NCBI RefSeq assembly: GCF_009914755.1
Contig: NC_060947.1
Length of the DNA: 64,000 bases
Source: the human T2T-CHM13v2.0 reference genome, Homo sapiens
Direction: 5' to 3' (one strand)
Translations under genes and position numbers: made by a program
Notes under the pieces: model-generated
The model's database searches: none
What the model was told of the DNA's origin: nothing
What the model saw: the letters and a program-made list of their open reading frames with translations, nothing else
Shown here: positions 57,401 to 64,000 of the stretch, one piece after another
Layout: each line of letters begins with the position of its first letter
How positions within the stretch are numbered: the stretch's first letter is position 1

Positions 57401-59273
57401 TTAATTGTTTTAGTCCTGTCACTTTTCTTGAAACAAGTCGTAGGACTTACCCACAAGAAAATACTGAGCATATATCAAGTAGTAATGCAGCTTTTAGAAG
57501 TAGTCATCTGTTACTGTCAGAGGTTCATTTCATTTTGAGTCTTTTTAATTAAAATGCAAAGTTCTACATACATGCCTGCCTAAATTACCCCTTTCTGAAA
57601 TACTCAAATTTCAAAAAAAAATTTTAAATGCTAATGTAACCATTGTTAATACTCTAGACTTGCTTCTTGAGATTTGGAAAAAAGTAAACAAAGGAATTAC
57701 CAGTCAATTAAGCGAACAAGGAAGTCATCCTAAGTTGAAACAGATAAGGAAAATGTAATAATCAAATGCTACAGATGAAGACACCAGCGTTTTTCTTTTT
57801 TTTTTTCCTGAGATGAATATCTACAAGAATCACGCTTTATCAAAAGCAGCTTCCTTAATCTTCAGCAAGCGTAGCTGTGTATTATAGCAAAGGCATGAAG
57901 ATAGAGGGGCAGAGTGTCCAGACCAATTCTACCCCTTAGAGGTGGGTCACTTAACCCTTTACAGGCAAGTCACTTAACCACTTGGAAGCTTTTGTTAACT
58001 CATCTATAGAATGTGGATAATACTGCCATATTGTGGGTCAAAATGACACAACGGCTCTGACAGCAATTTGAAGGCTGGGGAATGCTGTGTTCATGCAAAG
58101 CAGCCTGTCAGGCAGGTATGATTTCTTAAAAGAGAACTCAGTATGTTCAGGAATAGTTAGGTATACAGAACCAAATAAATTCACTTTAACATTCTGTTTT
58201 AGATTGTCGTGTGAGGGAAAATGAGAGGTCTGAGTTTAGTAAACTGCTCTTCTGTAAACTGCTCTTTAGCAGTTTACAAAAGGCACCTTTCCTCTTTTTG
58301 CTTTTTACACTTAAGAAGGAAGCAAGTAGGAAAAGTAAGATTTTTTTTGTGTGTGTGCAAGATAAGGCACTAGCTGTAGCCTGAGATAGGCATAAAATTC
58401 ACAGCGTTTGCTATCATTCAGTGGGGCCGAGATTAAAATATGAATAGTATTCACGCATGTTAAAAGGTATATCCATGTTCATATTCTCAGACAGCAGAAA
58501 CCTGGAGTAGTCAGAGAGCAAGTGAATATTGATTTGGTGGGGGACAGTGAGGGAGAAATATCCCCTAGCTTGATGGAGAAAGTCTCCTGGTGGCAAGCCT
58601 TGAACAGCCAGCATGTGGCAGGAATTCCACACAAAGACAGGGATCCATAAAAGGGGAAATAAGATAAAATCCAGTTTAACCAATTAATGATCTACCAATG
58701 TCTGAATCTTGTACTCCAGCTCTGGCTTACTTTTGTCAAGGCATGTTTTCAAGATGAAAGGAAAATACAGATGCAAGGAACTTTTATTTATCCACAAATT
58801 TCCAAGAATGTTTTTTATGTGCTCTATCTAGACTAAGTTTCTCTATTAAATATTATCCTATATTAAGTTCTTTAAATAACTTCAAACATAGTGTATTTAT
58901 GGAACACTTACATATGTATTTGCTTATCATTTAAACTCTTCTCATTTTTTCTTTATGGTTGGTAAAAACTGGGGAGTGTTTGGAGAATGACATGGAAATA
59001 TATAAAAATTTCAACATTGTAATCCAGTTTTTTTTTAAGTGGGATCCCAAGGAAATATGGCCTTTTCCTTAAGGAGCTTATGATCTAATGAGAGAAGATA
59101 GACCCATATATAGCTAAACACAGTATCAGACAGATTATAATAATTACAGAAATAGAGAGAAAAAAAGCAGCAAAAAGGGAAAGGTGATTAGTTTGGCCTC
59201 TTGGGATTAGAGAATATGCACTTCAATTAAAAACTAAGTAGGCTTTAATCACCTAGTTAGTTCTTAAATCAGG

Positions 59274-59276
<3 letters not shown>

Positions 59277-59315
<39 letters not shown>
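59277..59315 (+). repeat. (TG)~19 microsatellite
   Basis: Uninterrupted TG run. Confidence 0.95.
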
Positions 59316-59316
<1 letters not shown>

Positions 59317-60161
59317 CTTTTTGCTAGAATATGAAGAGTTGAAACAAGTTTCTTACATTGACTCTGTGAGCTAATCGCTCATATTAATAATTTACTAAGG
59401 TACAGAGTTTTTATGTTAATATACAGCTGTGTTACGACATCAGTTTAGGCTTTTTAGGAATTCAAAAATGTATTTGGCCAATATTGGATTTGATATCTTG
59501 GGAAGGCTAACTGGCAGAAAATACTACTTTCCCCATTAGGACATCAAAGCACATTATTGAGTTAATATGAACAAGACCTTCACGTGGGAATTGAAGTCCT
59601 CACAGCTTGACCTACTCTCATCCCTTAGAAACAGGTCGACAAAGAATTGGAAGCCTCTTTGCATATGATGGATAGAGAAGAAAAAATTGGCACCACCTGT
59701 ACTTTTGAATATCTTTCTTTTTAAAATAGAATTAAATTTGAGGTGGGAAGAAACAAGGGTGGAAAAGAGGGTAGGGATCAGAATGGAAATGTATGCCAAG
59801 TAGATGATGACAACAGCCCAGTTAAGAGTGGATGAAAGTCTGAACTAAGAAAGGAGCACTGGGAATTTGTGGAGAGGCTGAATTCATGACAGGTTATAGA
59901 ATAAAATCAATGCTACTTTTGAGCCAATTGAATGTGAGGGCTAGAGGAAAAGGAAAAGTGTAGGATTTTTGATAATGGCCCTATTAGCTGTGCATTCATG
60001 GATTCATATTTGTGTATATACTATGTACATATTTATACTGTGCATTGTTCTGTAAAGGCTTTAGGGCAACTTATAACAATGTATAACTCTTAAAAATTAA
60101 TAAAACCCAGCACTAAGGAAATATAAATAGCATAAAACTTTAAGAAGCGAGGAAAATTTAG

Positions 60162-60503
<342 letters not shown>

Positions 60504-60529
60504 TGATGTGGTTATGAAAATTTTGCTAT

Positions 60530-61440
60530 GCATACCCACCAGAATGAGCAAGACAAACAACACAGGGTTAGAAAGGATGTGGAGCAACTACAACTCTCAT
60601 GCTCTGTTAGTAGGAGTGCAAACTGGTACAACCACATTGGAAAACTGTTTGGAAGAATGTACAGAAGCTGAACACACACAGACCCTATAACCCAGAAATT
60701 CTACCCCTTGATATAGTCCTCAAAGGAATGCATACATATATTCATCAAATGGCATGTCTTACAATGTTTATAACATCATTTTTTTCTACCAAATGCCCAT
60801 CCACAGTAGAGTATATAATATACTGCAGGATATTGACACAATGGGATATTACATAGCAATTAGAATGAACAATCCACCACTTCATACAACAGCATGGATG
60901 AATCCAGGTTTAAAGAAGTCAGACACAAAAGAGTACATGCTGTGCAATTTCATTTATATAAAGGACAAGAACAGGCCAGAATATTTAATGGTGTTCAAAA
61001 TCAAGATTGTGGTTACCCTTGGAGGACAGGTAACTATCAGAAGGGCACACAAAGGGCCTTCTAAAGGTTGGTAATGTTCTGTTTCTTTATTTGGATGCTG
61101 GTTAAATGAGTGTGTTCAGATTGTGAAAATTCACTGAACTGTATAAGTTTAAGCCATTTTTTCTTTTTTTTTAATTGACAAATAAAAATTGTATATCTTT
61201 ATCATGTATAACATGTTTTGAAATATGTATACACTGTGGAATGGCTAAACCAAGCTAAGTAACATATGCATTACCTCATATACTTATCATTTCTTATGGT
61301 GATAATACTTAAATCTACTCTCTTAGCAATTTTCAAGACTATACTAGATTTTCATTACCTATAGTCACCATGGTGTACAATAGAGCTCTTGAACTTATTC
61401 CTCCTAACCGAAGTTTCATATCCTTTAACCAGCATCTCCC
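60530..61440. mobile_element. Old L1M 3' fragment (+, ~60530-61150) abutting an antisense L1MA-type 3' end (~61155-61440)
   Basis: 'aggatgtggagcaactacaactctc...aactggtacaaccac'; 'aacatatgcattacctcatatacttatcat...actctcttagcaattttcaag'. Confidence 0.72.
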
Positions 61441-61973
61441 TTATTTTCTACATGCCTAATATATTTCAGTAAAAAAGTGTTTTAAAAGGTGGGTATAATT
61501 TGGTTGTGGCCTTTGTAGATGTCAAAGCAAAAGAAAAAATATAAAAGGAAATATGATCGATTTTATTATTTGGATTATTGATAAGGAGGAAAGAGTGTAA
61601 GTGAAACAAAGGAAAATCCAAGTCTGGAATGACTTAGATTGAATAAACAGATCTGCATGGGATCTAAGGTGGGAGACACTGCATGGTGTCGACTTTCAGA
61701 AAAATCCCTTCAGCAGTTTTCAGTGCCCCTCGACATAAGCCAGGAACATGATGCCGAGGTACACCTGAGTTGAGGCAATCTTATGGGGGCCAAGGCAAAG
61801 TGGTCTAAGAATGCAGCTTTCTGATGACCTGGCCTGAGGTGGAGATAAAACTAACTACAGTGTTTTTCAAACTGCAGGTCATGAACCCTTAGTACGTCAT
61901 GAAATCTATATAGTGGATCATTACCAGTATTGTTCTTAATGAAACAGAAAAGAATAGAAAATATGACAGTGTA

Positions 61974-62145
61974 GAGGTTGGAGTGGGGAAAATGGGTTAT
62001 AAAACTACCTATTGGGTACTATGCTCACAATCTGGGTAACAGGTCATGAGCCCCACACCTTAGCATCATGCAATGTTCCCATGTAACAAACCTGTACATG
62101 TACCTCCTGTATCTAAAATAGAAGTTGAAATTAAAAAAAAAAAAA
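61974..62145 (+). mobile_element. Short L1 (L1PB/older L1PA) 3' end with poly(A) and 18-bp TSD, inside a hAT-like remnant
   Basis: agaaaatatga(c/a)agtgta at 61956-61973 and 62146-62163; 'aactacctattgggtacta...catgtaacaaacctgtacatgtacc'. Confidence 0.8.
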
Positions 62146-63499
62146 AGAAAATATGAAAGTGTACTATTTGGTATGGGTAAGTAATGTTTTGTGAAACTTT
62201 TCTTTCAATCATACAAGCATGAATAGACAGAAAAAGATTTACAGATATAGATGCGTGTGTGCGTGTGTGTGTGTACCAGGATGACATATAAAATTAATTT
62301 TTATAGTGGATTGGCAAAAAAGATGAAAGCTACAGGCTTTACTACATAAAGAAATGGACAAACTATACATGCCCACTGGACAATCATGCATCATTATAAT
62401 TTCTCTAGACTAGGATTTGGAAAGAAGTTGACGGAAGACAGTTTGCAGTCTTATTCCCTGGTAAGGGCTGGAACATTACAAGAGACTGGAGGAGGATTAA
62501 AAGATTCAGGAGGGGGAGCAAGTTGGGGAGGCGTTCATCAAGTCTGAAGTTCTAACCACATGAGATGCTGCAGGGGCTGAGAATCTGCTCCAAGTTTTAG
62601 GGGGTGTCTTCTCTGCCAGCTGTTCGTTTGGGTGGCTGTTTGGGAGTATACCAGGAATCACTCAGCCTTTTTGTTTTCTTCCAAATGGCATGGTGATATT
62701 GTCACATTGCAGGAGGAAAAACATTGCTGCTAAAAGTATTGTTAAGGGGAGTAACAGGTAGCTCACACTACTATACACAACTGCACGTTGCCTGTCTGAA
62801 CAAAACACTTCAAAACATAAACTGAGAAATGCCCTTCTGCTTCCATCTTGCAGTGAGACCTAATTCAAAGTCCTTGCTAGTGTGCTCAGGTCCACGCCAA
62901 CAAATTGGCAAGTGTGTGCCTGACAGAATGGTCACATTTTAGGGCTGGATGGTCCCCATTCTATTTAATGCTTATAAATTCATCCTATTAAGTGCTTGGG
63001 GAAATTAATCTGAATAAGTGTCCATGAAGACTGATAATTATCATGATTTTTAAAAGTATTCTCATATAATTGTAGGAACATTTTAGACAGTCTGCAGCCA
63101 TGGGGGTATTAAGCATATTATGAGTAAAAATAACAGCTTTAAGAATAAAATTCCTTTCAAAAGAGTGACCAGCTTTGAAAGTTACCAGAAGGAAACCCAC
63201 AATCTTTCTTTTTTCAGTATTTAATCACAGCAGCTTTCATTAAATTCCCAGTACTAATAAGTGGTTAACTATGTTTGTAATCAGTATTTCTTATATTTTT
63301 AAAAGCACTAGATTATGGATGCTGTATGTCTACCATTGGCTGTGAAGCCACAAACAGTTTAGCCTAGCAATGATTACTCACAAAGCATGAATTTTAACAG
63401 CACACTCCATTTTACCTACATCTAAATTCAGAAGAGAATTTAGTCCACAGAGGAACCTTCCTGTAACTTTTCTTGAATATTTTGTGATATCTTGCAACA

Positions 63500-63930
63500 T
63501 GGCCAAAAGTTCTAGCCCTCTCCTTGGTGTCCAGCTCTTGCAGTGTGCCTTTGTATCTCTTCCCACCAACAGGTGGAGTCTTTCCCCACTCCTTACATCT
63601 GGGATGGCCCTATGACATGACTTGCTTCGGCTAATGGACACTACCAAACATGACACAAGCAGAAACCTGAGAAGTTTCCATGTGAACTAGCCTGAACTAG
63701 CATGTTGGATGATGAGATACACACAAACCTAGTTGCATCTGTTCCTAGATGACAGCCTGTCAACCATCAGACATATGAGTCAGGTCACGATAGCTTATCC
63801 AGCTGCCAGCTGACTACAGATGCATAAGCATGCCTGGCAAACAGTAGTACAACTGGTCACACCACATAAATGGCCCAATCCACCCATCAAATAGTGAGCT
63901 AAGTAAATGGCTGGCCATTGTGTTATAGAG
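63500..63930 (+). mobile_element. MLT1-type LTR remnant
   Basis: 'ggtggagtctttccccactcc...ggatggccctatgac...ccagctgactacagatgcataagc'. Confidence 0.65.
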
Positions 63931-64000
63931 TTTATGAACTATTGTTCAAATTTGGTCTATGGCCTGCTTCTGTACAGCCTCTCAGCTAAGTATGACTACA

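Noticed and set aside
57444-57520. Strong donor TGG|GTAAGT in intron 62
   Set aside because: No convincing polypyrimidine acceptor at exon distance; isolated consensus donors are common.

Overview
Primate (almost certainly human) X-chromosome DNA from the 3' part of the dystrophin gene (DMD), transcribed on the minus strand. It holds the CpG-island promoter and unique first exon of the short Dp71/Dp40 isoforms (MREQLKG, 50929-50948), exon 63 (45075-45136, 62 nt) and exon 64 (7171-7245, 75 nt). All have canonical splice sites and join in frame as [52 protein letters not shown]. The rest is intron 62/63/64 filled with transposon fossils: many Alus, a 5'-inverted L1PA2, a near full-length Tigger1, MER30, Tigger3a, L2, MIR and LTRs. 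Almost all ORFs in the supplied track are spurious or repeat-derived. I see no evidence for a wholly new biological system. The best leads are two latent stop-containing pseudoexons just upstream of exon 63, a (GGC)6 poly-Gly upstream frame ending on the Dp71 ATG, a sense-oriented solo LTR with a poly(A) signal, a ~270-bp degenerate foldback, and a perfect 56-bp tandem duplication. Repeat family names are from recall of consensus sequences, and repeat boundaries are approximate unless a TSD is quoted.
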